64,000 nucleotides of DNA from an uncultured delta proteobacterium (lineage in GTDB: Bacteria > Myxococcota > Myxococcia > Myxococcales > Myxococcaceae), in the NCBI GenBank assembly GCA_963796055.1, contig CAWCKH010000006.1:123685-187684 (forward strand). Direction: 5' to 3'. Positions 28,071 through 39,186 of this stretch are shown piece after piece. The notes under the pieces were generated by a model. That model saw only the letters and a list, made by a program, of their open reading frames with translations. It was not told the DNA's origin and did no database searches. The position numbers were made by a program, and so were the translations under genes. The number at the start of each line of letters is the position of its first letter. Position 1 is the stretch's first letter.

Positions 28071-29918
28071 GTGGCAGTCTCCGTCGGCCCCGTGCCAACC
28101 CTCCCTGAGAGCAGGGCCCAGGCGGCCCAGCGTCACCGTGAAGAGCGCGCGCGTGCCGAGGCGGGGGCGGCGGCGCTCGATCGGCGCATGGCACGGGTGG
28201 CCAACGCCCGGGTGCTGGCGTTCCTCGCCAGCGCGGTGGTGTTGCTCCTGACGATCTTCCACCGTCTGCCGCCCTGGGGCTACCTGCCGGCGCTGGTCGC
28301 GGCGCTGGGCTATGGGGCGCTCGCCTTCTGGCACGGGCGGCTGCTCCAGGCGGAGGCGCGGGCCAGGGCCGAGGCCGCGTACGAGCAGAGGGCCGAGGAG
28401 CGGCTGACCGGCGCCTGGCACGCCCATCCCCCGGGCGGAACGCCGCTCGAGCACCTCGCCGAGCACCCCTACGCGGCCGACCTCGACGTGTTCGGCCATG
28501 GATCGCTCTTCCAGCTGCTGGACGAGGCGGCCACCGCGCACGGGGAGCGGCGGCTTGCCGACTGGCTCTCGGCGCCCGCCACGCCGGACGAGGTGCGCCA
28601 CCGCCAACGTCAAGTCTCGGAGCTCGCCGGCCGTCCGCTGTTCCGGCGCGACCTGACGGTGGAGGGCCGGCTGGGGGGGAACGCCCGTGTCTCGCCGCGC
28701 GCGTTCATCGCCTGGGCCGAGTCGCCGCCGTCCATGGAGCGGGTGCGCTGGATGCGGCCGCTCGCCCCGGTGGTGCCGCTGGTGTGGGCGCTGGTGGTGG
28801 CCCTGGCGGCCACGGACCGGCTGCCGGGGGAGGCCCCCTGGCTCTTCCTCCTCATCCCCGCAGCGATGCTGCTCGTGGCCCGGCGGGGCATCGCCGAGAG
28901 CTTCGACGGTCTGGAGCTGGGGCAGCGCGGAGCGGACCGGCTCGCCCGAGCCCTGGAGCGGCTGGAGCAGGAGCCGTTCTCCTCGCCCGAGCTCCGCGCG
29001 CTCGCCCGGGGGACGGAGCGCGTCATCGCCCCCAGCGCCGCCATGCGCCAGCTGGCGCGGCTGTCCTCGCTCGCCGAGCAGCGCCGGAACCAGCTGCACG
29101 TGGTGGTCAACGTCCTCACCCTCTGGGACCTGCACGTCTTCTTCCGCCTCGACGACTGGCGGCGGCGGAACGGGCGGGAGGTGGCGGGGTGGCTGGACCG
29201 GCTCGCCGACGTCGAGGCGCTGGCCTGCCTCGGCGGCTACCTCCACGACCGGCCGGAGCTGACGATGCCCGAGGTGGTCGACTCCGGGCCGCGCTTCACG
29301 GCGGATCGGCTCGCCCATCCCCTCCTCGACGACGCCGTGCCGAACGACGTCTCGCTCGAGGGCCCGGGTCGTCTCCTCCTGGTCACCGGCTCGAACATGT
29401 CCGGAAAGTCCACCCTGCTCCGGGCCATCGGGCTCAACACGGTGCTCGCGCTGGCGGGCGGGCCGGTCTCCGCGCGCCGGCTCACCCTGTCGGCGCTGCA
29501 CACCTGGACCAGCATGCGGGTCCAGGACTCGCTCGAGCAGGGCGTCTCCTTCTTCTATGCCGAGGTCCGCCGGCTGAAGCAGGTGCTCGAGGGCGCGGCG
29601 GCCCATCCCCGGGCCGCGCTGGTCCTGGTGGACGAGATGCTGCTGGGGACCAACACCCGTGAGCGGCGGCTGGCCTCGGGCGAGGTGCTGCGACTGTTGC
29701 TGCAGACCGGCTGCATCGGGGCGGTCACCACCCACGACCTGTCGCTCGCCGAGCTGGCGAAGGTCCCGGGAAGCACCCTGATTCCGGTGCACTTCCAGGA
29801 CGTGCTGGAAGACGGCCGGATGCGCTTCGACTACACCCTGCGGCAAGGAGTGGTGCAGAGCACCAATGCGCTCCGGGTCCTGGCCCTGGCCGGGATTCCG
29901 GTGCGCGACGATGCCTGA
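28071..29918 (+). CDS. Membrane-anchored MutS-domain-V ATPase (MutS-related protein)
   Basis: TM pairs at the N-terminus and mid-protein; DLDVFG..SLFQ; TGSNMSGKST, SFFYAEV, DEMLLGTN, TTHD; no mismatch-binding domain. Confidence 0.88.
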   Translation: MAVSVGPVPTLPESRAQAAQRHREERARAEAGAAALDRRMARVANARVLAFLASAVVLLLTIFHRLPPWGYLPALVAALGYGALAFWHGRLLQAEARARAEAAYEQRAEERLTGAWHAHPPGGTPLEHLAEHPYAADLDVFGHGSLFQLLDEAATAHGERRLADWLSAPATPDEVRHRQRQVSELAGRPLFRRDLTVEGRLGGNARVSPRAFIAWAESPPSMERVRWMRPLAPVVPLVWALVVALAATDRLPGEAPWLFLLIPAAMLLVARRGIAESFDGLELGQRGADRLARALERLEQEPFSSPELRALARGTERVIAPSAAMRQLARLSSLAEQRRNQLHVVVNVLTLWDLHVFFRLDDWRRRNGREVAGWLDRLADVEALACLGGYLHDRPELTMPEVVDSGPRFTADRLAHPLLDDAVPNDVSLEGPGRLLLVTGSNMSGKSTLLRAIGLNTVLALAGGPVSARRLTLSALHTWTSMRVQDSLEQGVSFFYAEVRRLKQVLEGAAAHPRAALVLVDEMLLGTNTRERRLASGEVLRLLLQTGCIGAVTTHDLSLAELAKVPGSTLIPVHFQDVLEDGRMRFDYTLRQGVVQSTNALRVLALAGIPVRDDA

Positions 29919-29943
29919 AAGCGTGAGAGGAAGCTCGCCGACG

Positions 29944-31695
29944 ATGGCCCGACCGGACCCCCACAGCCACACCGACCTCGCCCAGCCGCACCAGCGGCAT
30001 CTGTCGTGGAACGCCGAGGTGGATTTCGCTCGACGAACGATCGAGGCCACCGCCACGCTCCGCTTCGACCGCGGCGGTGGGCCGGTGGACCTGGACAGCC
30101 GCGGGCTCGAGGTCCAGGCGGTGACCTCTCCGGAGGGCACGCCGCTCCGGTTCGACCTGGGCGACTCCGAGCCCATCCTCGGCCAGCGGCTCCGCGTGGA
30201 GCTCCCCGCCGGCGTGGACGGCTGCGTCATCCGCTACCGCACCGGGCCCGAGGCCTCCGCGCTGCAATGGCTCGAGCCGGAGCAGACCGCGGGCGGGAAG
30301 GCGCCGTTCCTGTACAGCCAGTGCCAGGCGATCCACGCCCGCTCGGTGGTTCCGCTGCAAGACACGCCCCGGCTGCGCATCACCTACGACGCCGCGCTCA
30401 CCGTCCCGGCGGCACTGCGTGGACTCATGGCCGCCGGCGCCGTCGGTCGAGAGGTCCGGGGCGACCGCGCGGTGGAACGCCACCGGATGGACGAGCCCGT
30501 CCCGCCGTACCTCTTCGCCTTCGCCGTGGGAGACCTGGCCTCCCGGGAGCTGGGGCCCCGGAGCCGGGTGTGGGCGGAGCCGTCGGTGGTGGGCCGGGCG
30601 GCCGACGAGTTCGTGGGCGTGGACGGGATGCTCACCTCGGCCGAGGCGCTGTTCGGCCCGTACCCGTGGGGGCGGTTCGATCTGCTGGTCCTGCCGCCGT
30701 CGTTTCCATACGGGGGCATGGAGAACCCGCGCCTGACGTTCCTCACCCCCACGCTCCTCACCGGCGACCGGTCGCTGGTGAGCGTGGTGGCCCACGAGCT
30801 CTCCCACAGCTGGACGGGGAATCTGGTGTCGAACGCCAGCGCCGAGGACTTCTGGCTGAACGAGGGGTTCACCGTCTTCGCCGAGCGGCGCATCCTCGAG
30901 GTGCTGGAGGGGCCGGAGATGGTCGCACTCCACGCGGCGGTGGGGCGACAGGCGCTGGACGAGGCGGTGGCGAACTTCCGAGACCGGCCCGCTCTCACCC
31001 GCCTGCGGACAAGGCTGGAGGGCGTGGACCCCGACGACGCGTTCAGCCAGGTGCCCTACGAGAAGGGGTACCTGTTCCTGCGCGCGCTCGAGGACGCCGT
31101 CGGGCGCCCGGCGTTCGACCGCTTCCTCAGACGCTACATGGAGGCGTTCCGGTTCCAGTCCATCACCACCGAGGAGCTGCTGGAGCTCGTCCGGACCGAG
31201 CTGCCCGGCGCGCTGGAGACGGTGAACGCGCCCCGGTGGATCGACGGGGAGGGTGTACCCCCGGGCGCACCGGTGGCGCGCAGCAGCCGGCTCGAGCAGG
31301 TGGAGGCGCTGAAGGGGCGGGTGCCTCCGGAGTCGGCGAAGGACTGGTCACCCTGGGAGTGGCAGGTCTACCTGAACCAGCTGCCGCGGCCGTCCCCGTC
31401 CGAGCTGATGACGGCGCTCGACGATCGCTTCCATCTCACCCGGGCTCCGAACCCCGAGGTGCTGGTGGCCTGGCTCACCGTCGCGATCCGCAGCGGGCAC
31501 GCCCCGGCGGTCCAGCGGGCCGAGGAGCTCCTCGGGCAGGTGGGGCGGATGAAGTACCTCAAACCGCTCTACGCGGCGCTGATCGCCGGTCCCGGGACCC
31601 GGAGCCTCGCCGAGGCGTGCGCGAAGCGGTACCGGAAGCGCTACCACCTCATCGCCGCCACGGGCGTGGATGGGCTGCTGCGCAAGGGAGCCTGA
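29944..31695 (+). CDS. M1 family aminopeptidase (leukotriene A4 hydrolase-like)
   Basis: PDPHS, GGMEN, HELSH...WLNEG, PYEKG, GRMKYLKPLY. Confidence 0.93.
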   Translation: MARPDPHSHTDLAQPHQRHLSWNAEVDFARRTIEATATLRFDRGGGPVDLDSRGLEVQAVTSPEGTPLRFDLGDSEPILGQRLRVELPAGVDGCVIRYRTGPEASALQWLEPEQTAGGKAPFLYSQCQAIHARSVVPLQDTPRLRITYDAALTVPAALRGLMAAGAVGREVRGDRAVERHRMDEPVPPYLFAFAVGDLASRELGPRSRVWAEPSVVGRAADEFVGVDGMLTSAEALFGPYPWGRFDLLVLPPSFPYGGMENPRLTFLTPTLLTGDRSLVSVVAHELSHSWTGNLVSNASAEDFWLNEGFTVFAERRILEVLEGPEMVALHAAVGRQALDEAVANFRDRPALTRLRTRLEGVDPDDAFSQVPYEKGYLFLRALEDAVGRPAFDRFLRRYMEAFRFQSITTEELLELVRTELPGALETVNAPRWIDGEGVPPGAPVARSSRLEQVEALKGRVPPESAKDWSPWEWQVYLNQLPRPSPSELMTALDDRFHLTRAPNPEVLVAWLTVAIRSGHAPAVQRAEELLGQVGRMKYLKPLYAALIAGPGTRSLAEACAKRYRKRYHLIAATGVDGLLRKGA

Positions 31696-31710
31696 GCCCG
31701 CGTTCTTGGT

Positions 31711-32655
31711 TCAGCTCCATCCGCGCGCCCCTCGCCCAGCCCGGCTGCGCCGCGGCCCGAAGCGGTCCTCGGCCGGGCGCGCCGCTCCGCTGGACTCGGC
31801 CTCTAGCCGCGTCCGGGCGAGGGCGAGCCAGGTGGGGTCCTGGTCCATGCCGAGGAAGCGCCTGCCCAGCCGGAGAGCGGCGACGCCCGTCGTCCCGCTT
31901 CCACAGAACGGATCGAGCACCAGCCCTCCCTCGGGCGCCGTGGCCTCGATGATGCGCCGGAGCAGCGCCACCGGCTTCTGGGTCGGGTGCTTGCCGTGCG
32001 CCTTCTCGTCGGGACGGGGGCTGGTCAGCGTCCAGATGCGCCCCTGCCCGTCCGCGTCGACCTCCTCGTCGCCTGGCCGGGGCAGGGCCCACACGTCGCG
32101 CATCTGCTTGCCGCCGTTCTCGGCCTTCATCCGCGGATAGTCGAAGAGGTGCTGCAGGCGTCCTGGCCGCCGCGGCGCGGCCCACACCAGGATCTCCGAG
32201 CTGTGGGTGAAGTACCGGCAGGACAGGTTCGGGCTGGCGTTCGGCTTGTACCAGGTGACCGTGTTGAGCAGCCGCCACCCGAGCGTCTGCAGCGCGAACC
32301 CGGCGGAGAAGATCACGTGCTGCGTGCCGGAGATCCACAGCGAGCCGCTGGGCTTCAGCACCCGGCCGCAGGCCTCGATCCACGCCCGGGTGAAGCGGTG
32401 GTCCTCCTCGAGGCCACGCGAGGCGTCCCAGGCGCCCTTCCCCACCGGCGCCCGCCGCCCCGACTGGCAGGTGAAGCCCCCGTTGCTCAGGAAGTACGGC
32501 GGATCGGCGAAGACGAGGTCCACGCTCGCCTCGGGCAACGCTGCGAGCCGCTCCAGACAGTCGCCCGCCTGCAGTGCCCACCCCGGACCCGCGGCCCAGG
32601 GGGAAAGCTCGGGGAACGGGGCGTCTGGAGCGAGGAGACGGGCGGCGTTGGCCAT
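31711..32655 (-). CDS. Orphan site-specific DNA methyltransferase, beta class (N6-A/N4-C)
   Basis: DPPY motif IV before HPTQKP and DPFCGSGTTG motif I; no adjacent endonuclease gene. Confidence 0.9.
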   Translation of the reverse strand: MANAARLLAPDAPFPELSPWAAGPGWALQAGDCLERLAALPEASVDLVFADPPYFLSNGGFTCQSGRRAPVGKGAWDASRGLEEDHRFTRAWIEACGRVLKPSGSLWISGTQHVIFSAGFALQTLGWRLLNTVTWYKPNASPNLSCRYFTHSSEILVWAAPRRPGRLQHLFDYPRMKAENGGKQMRDVWALPRPGDEEVDADGQGRIWTLTSPRPDEKAHGKHPTQKPVALLRRIIEATAPEGGLVLDPFCGSGTTGVAALRLGRRFLGMDQDPTWLALARTRLEAESSGAARPAEDRFGPRRSRAGRGARGWS

Positions 32656-32744
32656 GCCCGGACCAAGCTACAGGAGCGATCGAGCACAGCCAGTTCCGGG
32701 CGAGTGCTACAGACCTGAACGCGGCCGCGAAACGCGAGTCTGCC

Positions 32745-33764
32745 TCAGGCCGCGAGCGCGCCCGAGAAATCTGGGTACACCTGCACGCCGTCCGCCGCCC
32801 GCGGCCGCCCCTCTTCTCTGGCCAGCGCCCGGTCGAGCGCGAGGAGGGCGATCTCCAGCTGGTCGTCCGTGGGCTCCACCGTGGTGATGCGCTGGAGCCA
32901 CAGCCCCGGGCTCACCAGCGCCTTCAGCAGCGGCGGGCAGTCCGCGCGGGCCGACCGCTTCTGCAGCTCGTAGGCGATCCCCGCCACGGGGAACGCAAGC
33001 GCGATCTTCAGCAGGAGCACGAAGAGGGTCTGCACCGCGCCCACGCTGGAGACGGTGGGGACGAACGGGAGCACCAGGATGTGCAGCAACACCGCCACCC
33101 CCACCACGACGAAGAGGAAGCTCGTGCCGCACCGCGGATGCTGCGTGGTGAACCCGCGCGCGTTCTCCACGGTGAGCGGGAGCTTCGACTCGTAGGTCCA
33201 GATCGCCTTGTGCTCCGCCCCGTGGTACTGGAACAGCCGCTGCGCATCCTTCGTCCGCGCCACCAGCGCCAGCCACCCGACGAGGATCGCGATCCGGAAC
33301 ACCCCGTCCACCACGTGGAACAGGAGCCCCTTCAGGGTCGGATCACGCCCGAAAAGCTTGAACAGGCCCAGGGTGAGCAGATGGGGCGTGGCGATGAACA
33401 GCCCCACCATGAACAGGAAGGACACGCCGAGGAGCAGGCCGCGGGCCAGCCGCCCCGAGGACTCGGATTGCGGTGTGACACCGGGAGCGGGCGAGTCGCC
33501 GGGGGCCGCCGCTTCGAGCTCGGCCTGCTCCGCGCTGAAGGCCAGGGCGGTGAAGCCGTTCCACACCGACTCGATGAGCACCACTGCCCCGCGGAGAAAC
33601 GGCTTTCTGAGCGCCTTCGCCCGCGGCCAGAGCGTCTCCCACGCCTCCTCCCGGACGGCGATCTGCCCATCCGGACGGCGAACGGCGACCACCAGGCTTC
33701 CCGGGGAACGCATCATCACGCCCTCCAGAACCGCCTGCCCACCGATGTAGGGACGCTCGCTCAA
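32745..33764 (-). CDS. DUF1385 family membrane protein
   Basis: IGGQAVLEGVMMR, YHGAEHK, HPRCGTSF, LQRITTVEP; TTG start inferred. Confidence 0.88.
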   Translation of the reverse strand: MSERPYIGGQAVLEGVMMRSPGSLVVAVRRPDGQIAVREEAWETLWPRAKALRKPFLRGAVVLIESVWNGFTALAFSAEQAELEAAAPGDSPAPGVTPQSESSGRLARGLLLGVSFLFMVGLFIATPHLLTLGLFKLFGRDPTLKGLLFHVVDGVFRIAILVGWLALVARTKDAQRLFQYHGAEHKAIWTYESKLPLTVENARGFTTQHPRCGTSFLFVVVGVAVLLHILVLPFVPTVSSVGAVQTLFVLLLKIALAFPVAGIAYELQKRSARADCPPLLKALVSPGLWLQRITTVEPTDDQLEIALLALDRALAREEGRPRAADGVQVYPDFSGALAA

Positions 33765-33780
33765 GCCCGGGCGACCTGCT

Positions 33781-34041
33781 TCAGGCCTTGGCCTTCGGCG
33801 CCTTCTTGCTGCTGCTCGGCGCCGCCGGAGCAGGCGTTCCGGGCTTGGCCTCGTACTTCTTGCGGAACCGCTCGACGCGACCCTCGGTGTCCACCAGCTT
33901 GTACTTGCCGGTGAAGAAGGGGTGGCAGGCCGAGCAGATCTCGACGTGGAACGAACCCCGGGTGCTGCGGGTCTCGATGGTGTTACCGCAGGCACAGGTG
34001 ATGCGGGCGGGGGGGTAGACCGGGTGAAGGTCGGGCTTCAT
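33781..34041 (-). CDS. rpmE: 50S ribosomal protein L31 (Zn-binding type)
   Basis: MKPDLHP.Y...CACG...[12 protein letters not shown]...DTEGRVERF. Confidence 0.96.
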   Translation of the reverse strand: MKPDLHPVYPPARITCACGNTIETRSTRGSFHVEICSACHPFFTGKYKLVDTEGRVERFRKKYEAKPGTPAPAAPSSSKKAPKAKA

Positions 34042-34161
34042 GGTGCGAACTGGCTCCAGTGTGTCGGACCACCTTGCCCCGGGAGACGGTATGTCCCCGG
34101 AGGACCGGCGGGCGAAGCAGGCTCCTCTAACAGCGAGGGGCGCCCGCCTCAAGGCCCCGCC

Positions 34162-34947
34162 CTACTTCTTCCCCTTGGACGGCGCCGATTTCTTCAGCGC
34201 GGACAGGCCCTTCTGCGCCATCTTGGCCTCGGCCGACTTGGGGTAGTCCTTCACCACCTGCTCGTAGGCCAGCCGCGCGGCCTCGGGGTTCTTCAGCCGG
34301 GCGAAGCAGTCCCCGCTCCGGACGTAGGCCAGCGGGACGGACCTGGACTTGCCGAAGTTCTTGATCAGCTGTCCGTACTCCGGGAGCGCCTCCGGGCAGT
34401 TGTCCTGGCCGTAGTACGACTCGGCGAGGGCGAAGTGCGCGTCCCCGGCCAGGTCGTCCTTGGGCCACTTGCGGATGAAGTCCACGTAGAGCGCCCGGGC
34501 CGCCGGGAGGTCGCCCGCCTTCGCCTTGCTCTGGGCCAGGGCGAAGAACTCCTTCTTGTCCGTGGGCCGGGGAATGTCCTCCGCCGGCTTCCGGTCCACC
34601 GCGGCGGCCCTGTCCTGGAGCGTATCCAGCGAGTGGGTGTAGGCCTCCACCTGTCCGCGCAGCTGCGCCAGGTCCTCGACGACCTTCTGCAGCTGCACGC
34701 TGGTGTCGGCCCCGCTTCGCCGCGAGGCCTGGTCCAGCGAGTCCAGCGCCTTGGTCACCTCGGCGATCTTCTGGTCGATGCGCGGCAGCTGCTGGTCGAG
34801 CTTCTCCGCCTGGGCCTTCTGCTCGGCCCGCAGGTCCTTGTCCAGCTTGTCCACCCGCGTCTCGAGGTTCTTGCCAGCCTCGGACGAGTAGAAGCAGGCC
34901 CCCAGGGCCAGAGCCCCGAGCGACAGCGCAGCGCGTGCCACCCGCAT
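34162..34947 (-). CDS. CpoB/YbgF-like TPR lipoprotein
   Basis: LGAC lipobox, coiled coil (LAQLRGQVE), TPR repeats, YPKSAEAKMA; directly downstream of the Pal-like gene. Confidence 0.82.
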   Translation of the reverse strand: MRVARAALSLGALALGACFYSSEAGKNLETRVDKLDKDLRAEQKAQAEKLDQQLPRIDQKIAEVTKALDSLDQASRRSGADTSVQLQKVVEDLAQLRGQVEAYTHSLDTLQDRAAAVDRKPAEDIPRPTDKKEFFALAQSKAKAGDLPAARALYVDFIRKWPKDDLAGDAHFALAESYYGQDNCPEALPEYGQLIKNFGKSRSVPLAYVRSGDCFARLKNPEAARLAYEQVVKDYPKSAEAKMAQKGLSALKKSAPSKGKK

Positions 34948-35694
34948 CTAGTGGCGGAACTCCACCCGGCGGTTCTTGGCCCACGCTTCCTCGTTGTGCC
35001 CGTCGACGGCCGGTCGGTTCTCGCCGTAGCCGACGGTGTCCAGCCTGGACGGGGGCACCCCGAGGTCCACCAGGTACTTCTTGACGCTCGCCGCGCGCCG
35101 GTTGGAGAGGTGGAGGTTGTACTCCTCGGTGCCGCGCTCGTCGGCATTGCCCTCCAGGGTGAGCTTCTTCGAGGTGCCCTTCTTGATGCAGTCCGACAGC
35201 TCGTTGAGCTGGTTACGGGCAGCGTCGGTCAGCGCGCTCTCGTTGAAGCCGAAGTAGATCGGCGTCCAGTTGCACGTGTCGGCCGTGCCCTTGGCGCAGA
35301 CGCCGGCCTGGCAGGTCTCACCCGTGCCGCAGTCGTCGTTGGTCGCGCAGGTGTTGGGAACGCACTGGTTGTTCTTGCACCGGGCGCCGGGGCCGCAGTC
35401 GGGGTCCGCGGTGCAAGCCTTGGGGGTGCACTTGCCGGAGGCACAGGTGGAGCCCGCAGGGCAGTTCTGGTCGGTGGTGCACTCCGGCTTGGGGGCGCAT
35501 CTGTTGCCCTGACAGACGAACCCGGCCTTGCAGTTCGCGTCGGTGGCGCACTCCTGGCATTGCCCGTTGACGCAGACCTCGTTGTGCGACTTGCACTGCT
35601 CGTCCGAGTCGCACTTTGGATACGTGGGAGGACATCCGGTGAAAACCGCCAGACCCAGGACTCCCAGCGCCAGCACACCGAAACGAGGCGACAT
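34948..35694 (-). CDS. crdB: OmpA/Pal-family peptidoglycan-binding lipoprotein with Cys-rich repeats (CrdB-like)
   Basis: FTGC lipobox, five Cys-rich repeats, IYFGFN, EGNADERGTEEYNLHLSNRRA, GYGE, NRRVEF; divergent from an NtrC-type activator, as recalled for crdB/crdA. Confidence 0.8.
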   Translation of the reverse strand: MSPRFGVLALGVLGLAVFTGCPPTYPKCDSDEQCKSHNEVCVNGQCQECATDANCKAGFVCQGNRCAPKPECTTDQNCPAGSTCASGKCTPKACTADPDCGPGARCKNNQCVPNTCATNDDCGTGETCQAGVCAKGTADTCNWTPIYFGFNESALTDAARNQLNELSDCIKKGTSKKLTLEGNADERGTEEYNLHLSNRRAASVKKYLVDLGVPPSRLDTVGYGENRPAVDGHNEEAWAKNRRVEFRH

Positions 35695-35850
35695 GCGCAC
35701 TCCTCCGTGGGTGGCCGCCAGCCCTGGGCAGCCCGTTCCCTGTCGCCCGCTGTACCGTCATGCTGTGATGGCAGTCAAAAGAAATTCGAGGCATGCGCGG
35801 CTGCCCAGCCACGGCGTCGTGGCGGGCGGACCGCGACCGGGAGTGTGGTG

Positions 35851-37323
<1,473 letters not shown>

Positions 37324-37338
37324 GCTGCCGCCTCATCA

Positions 37339-38124
37339 TCAGTGCTTGACGGCGGACGGTGCCGCGGGACGTGCGGCAGAGACGCTGGTGCCGCTGGCCG
37401 AGTTGGGCACCCGGGAGGCATGACCGTACGCCGGACCACTCGCCGAGGGACGGAGGTTGTGGGCGAGCCGGTAATACGGCACGAGCGTCGGGTCCGGTGG
37501 GCCGCGGAACTCGGCCGAGTTGTCCACCAGGCGGTCCGTCCCCGCCGGGGCGCCCACGTTCATGAGAATTCCAAGCGCTCCCGCCACCTCCAGGTCCGAC
37601 CACCGGGCCATGGTGGCCGGCAGCGAGACCGAGACGGGCTCGATCCGCGCCCCGCAGCCGCGGCTGCCCGAGTAGACGCTCCCGTTCCATCGCACGTCCC
37701 AGCCGCAGGTGCCGATCCGGCCGTTGATGCGGTCCGTCGACAGCTCGAAGTCGCTGATCGCCCCACCGAAGAGACCGTTGACGTGCAGCCCCGCCGGGGT
37801 GCGCTCCACCTTCACCTGGAAGGGAGCGCCCCGGTACACGCCCGCACCCTCGTCCCCGTGGAAGCCCACCACCACCGGAACCCCCAGCGCCCGGCCACGG
37901 ATCTCGCCGTCGGTCCGGGCGAGCGCGAAGTCGGGCTGGATGCCGAGAATCTCGTCCTCGGTCACCCGGACCCCCCAGTGGTCGGCCTGGCCGCCGATCT
38001 GGAAGGTGTCCTCGGTGCTGGCCCGGGCGATGCCCCAGTCGGGCCCGGGGACCGTCTGGGCGGGGGCGTGGGCACAGCCGACCGCCAGCAGCGCGACGAC
38101 GACGGGCAGAGCGCGAGGCGACAT
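37339..38124 (-). CDS. Hypothetical beta-rich lipoprotein
   Basis: LLAVGC lipobox; repeated Gly-rich short beta strands. Confidence 0.7.
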   Translation of the reverse strand: MSPRALPVVVALLAVGCAHAPAQTVPGPDWGIARASTEDTFQIGGQADHWGVRVTEDEILGIQPDFALARTDGEIRGRALGVPVVVGFHGDEGAGVYRGAPFQVKVERTPAGLHVNGLFGGAISDFELSTDRINGRIGTCGWDVRWNGSVYSGSRGCGARIEPVSVSLPATMARWSDLEVAGALGILMNVGAPAGTDRLVDNSAEFRGPPDPTLVPYYRLAHNLRPSASGPAYGHASRVPNSASGTSVSAARPAAPSAVKH

Positions 38125-38212
38125 GGAAACGGCTCCCTTCGAGAGGGCCCTGCCAGCGAGCCTAGCGCGGGCACCCCGGGTGGGGCTTCGACGGACGTCG
38201 TCCTCGGCCTAT

Positions 38213-39031
38213 TCACTCGAACCGGTCGGTGGGGGGCTCGGGTTCCCCGGGCAGCCGGAAGCGGGCCCAGACGGGGGCGTGGTCCGAGGGCTGCGGGCCC
38301 TTGCGGGCCTCCCGGTCGACGCCCGAGTCTTGAAGGCCTGCCATGAGCGGCGCCGTGGCGTAGATGTGGTCCAGGCGCAGGCCCCGGTTCTTCTGGAAGC
38401 CGAGCATCCGGTAGTCCCACCAGCTGTAGCGGCCCGGCTCGGAATGAAGCCGCCGGAAGGTGTCCTCGAGCCCGAACTCCACCGCGGTCCTGAGCGCCGC
38501 CCGCTCGGGAAGGGAGAAGAGCGTCTGGCCCTCCCAGAGCCGGGGATCCCAGACGTCCCGCTCCTCGGGGGCGACGTTGAAGTCGCCGCACACCACCAGC
38601 GGCTCGTCCTTGCGGTGCCGGACGTCGAGCCAGCGGCGGAAGCGGCCGTACCACTCGAGCTTCTGACGGTATGCGGGCGAGTCCACCGCCTGTCCGTTCG
38701 GCGCGTAGACCGAGGCGACCCGGACGCCGGCCACGGTCGCGCTCACCACCCGAGCCGCGGCGTCGTCCTCGCCGTCGAGGAACCCGCGCTCGATGCGCGT
38801 GGGCTCGGCGCGCGCAAGGATGGCCACGCCGTTGTAGCTCTTCTGTCCGAACAGCACCGGGTGGTACCCGAGCGCGCGCACCGCCTCGGACGGAAACTGC
38901 TCGTCGGTGCACTTCAGCTCTTGCAGAGCTGCCACGTCCGGGCGGCGGGCGTCGAGCCAGCCGAGGAGCCGCTCGGTCCGGGCGCGCACCGAGTTGATGT
39001 TCCAGCTGGCGACGAGCACGAGGGAGCGCAC
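38213..39031 (-). CDS. xth: Exodeoxyribonuclease III
   Basis: SWNINS, LQELK, YNGVA, YAPNG, GDFNVA, SWWDYR, RLDH, SDHAP. Confidence 0.95.
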   Translation of the reverse strand: MRSLVLVASWNINSVRARTERLLGWLDARRPDVAALQELKCTDEQFPSEAVRALGYHPVLFGQKSYNGVAILARAEPTRIERGFLDGEDDAAARVVSATVAGVRVASVYAPNGQAVDSPAYRQKLEWYGRFRRWLDVRHRKDEPLVVCGDFNVAPEERDVWDPRLWEGQTLFSLPERAALRTAVEFGLEDTFRRLHSEPGRYSWWDYRMLGFQKNRGLRLDHIYATAPLMAGLQDSGVDREARKGPQPSDHAPVWARFRLPGEPEPPTDRFE

Positions 39032-39122
39032 CCTCGCTCAGCCCCGGCGCACCAGGGCAAGCGGACACGTGTGCGCGGCCGGGCGACCACGGTCCGCCGG
39101 CGCTCCCCCGGGCAGGATGGGG

Positions 39123-39138
39123 TGGCACGCCAGGCGCA
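39123..39138 (+). promoter_or_regulatory. Candidate sigma54 promoter upstream of the TPR lipoprotein gene
   Basis: TGGCACG-CCAG-GCGCA: perfect -24 box, GC at correct -12 spacing, 48 nt before the ATG. Confidence 0.5.
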
Positions 39139-39186
39139 GTGGGTGCTCCCCGAGGGATCCCCCTGGTCCCCAAGAGGAGTCCGTCG

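Noticed and set aside
28071..29918. Canonical mismatch-repair MutS or MutS2
   Set aside because: Lacks the mismatch-binding and Smr domains and has TM helices
31711..32655. Restriction-modification or other defence system
   Set aside because: Neighbours are an aminopeptidase and DUF1385; no nuclease or specificity gene
35749..35778. Sigma70 promoter for crdB (TTGACT-N18-TACAGC, minus strand)
   Set aside because: The -10 match is too weak to support without TSS data
33922..35850. Apparent 640-aa N-terminal extension of the sigma54 regulator
   Set aside because: It is the antisense of rpmE, cpoB and crdB; the receiver domain starts at 35851
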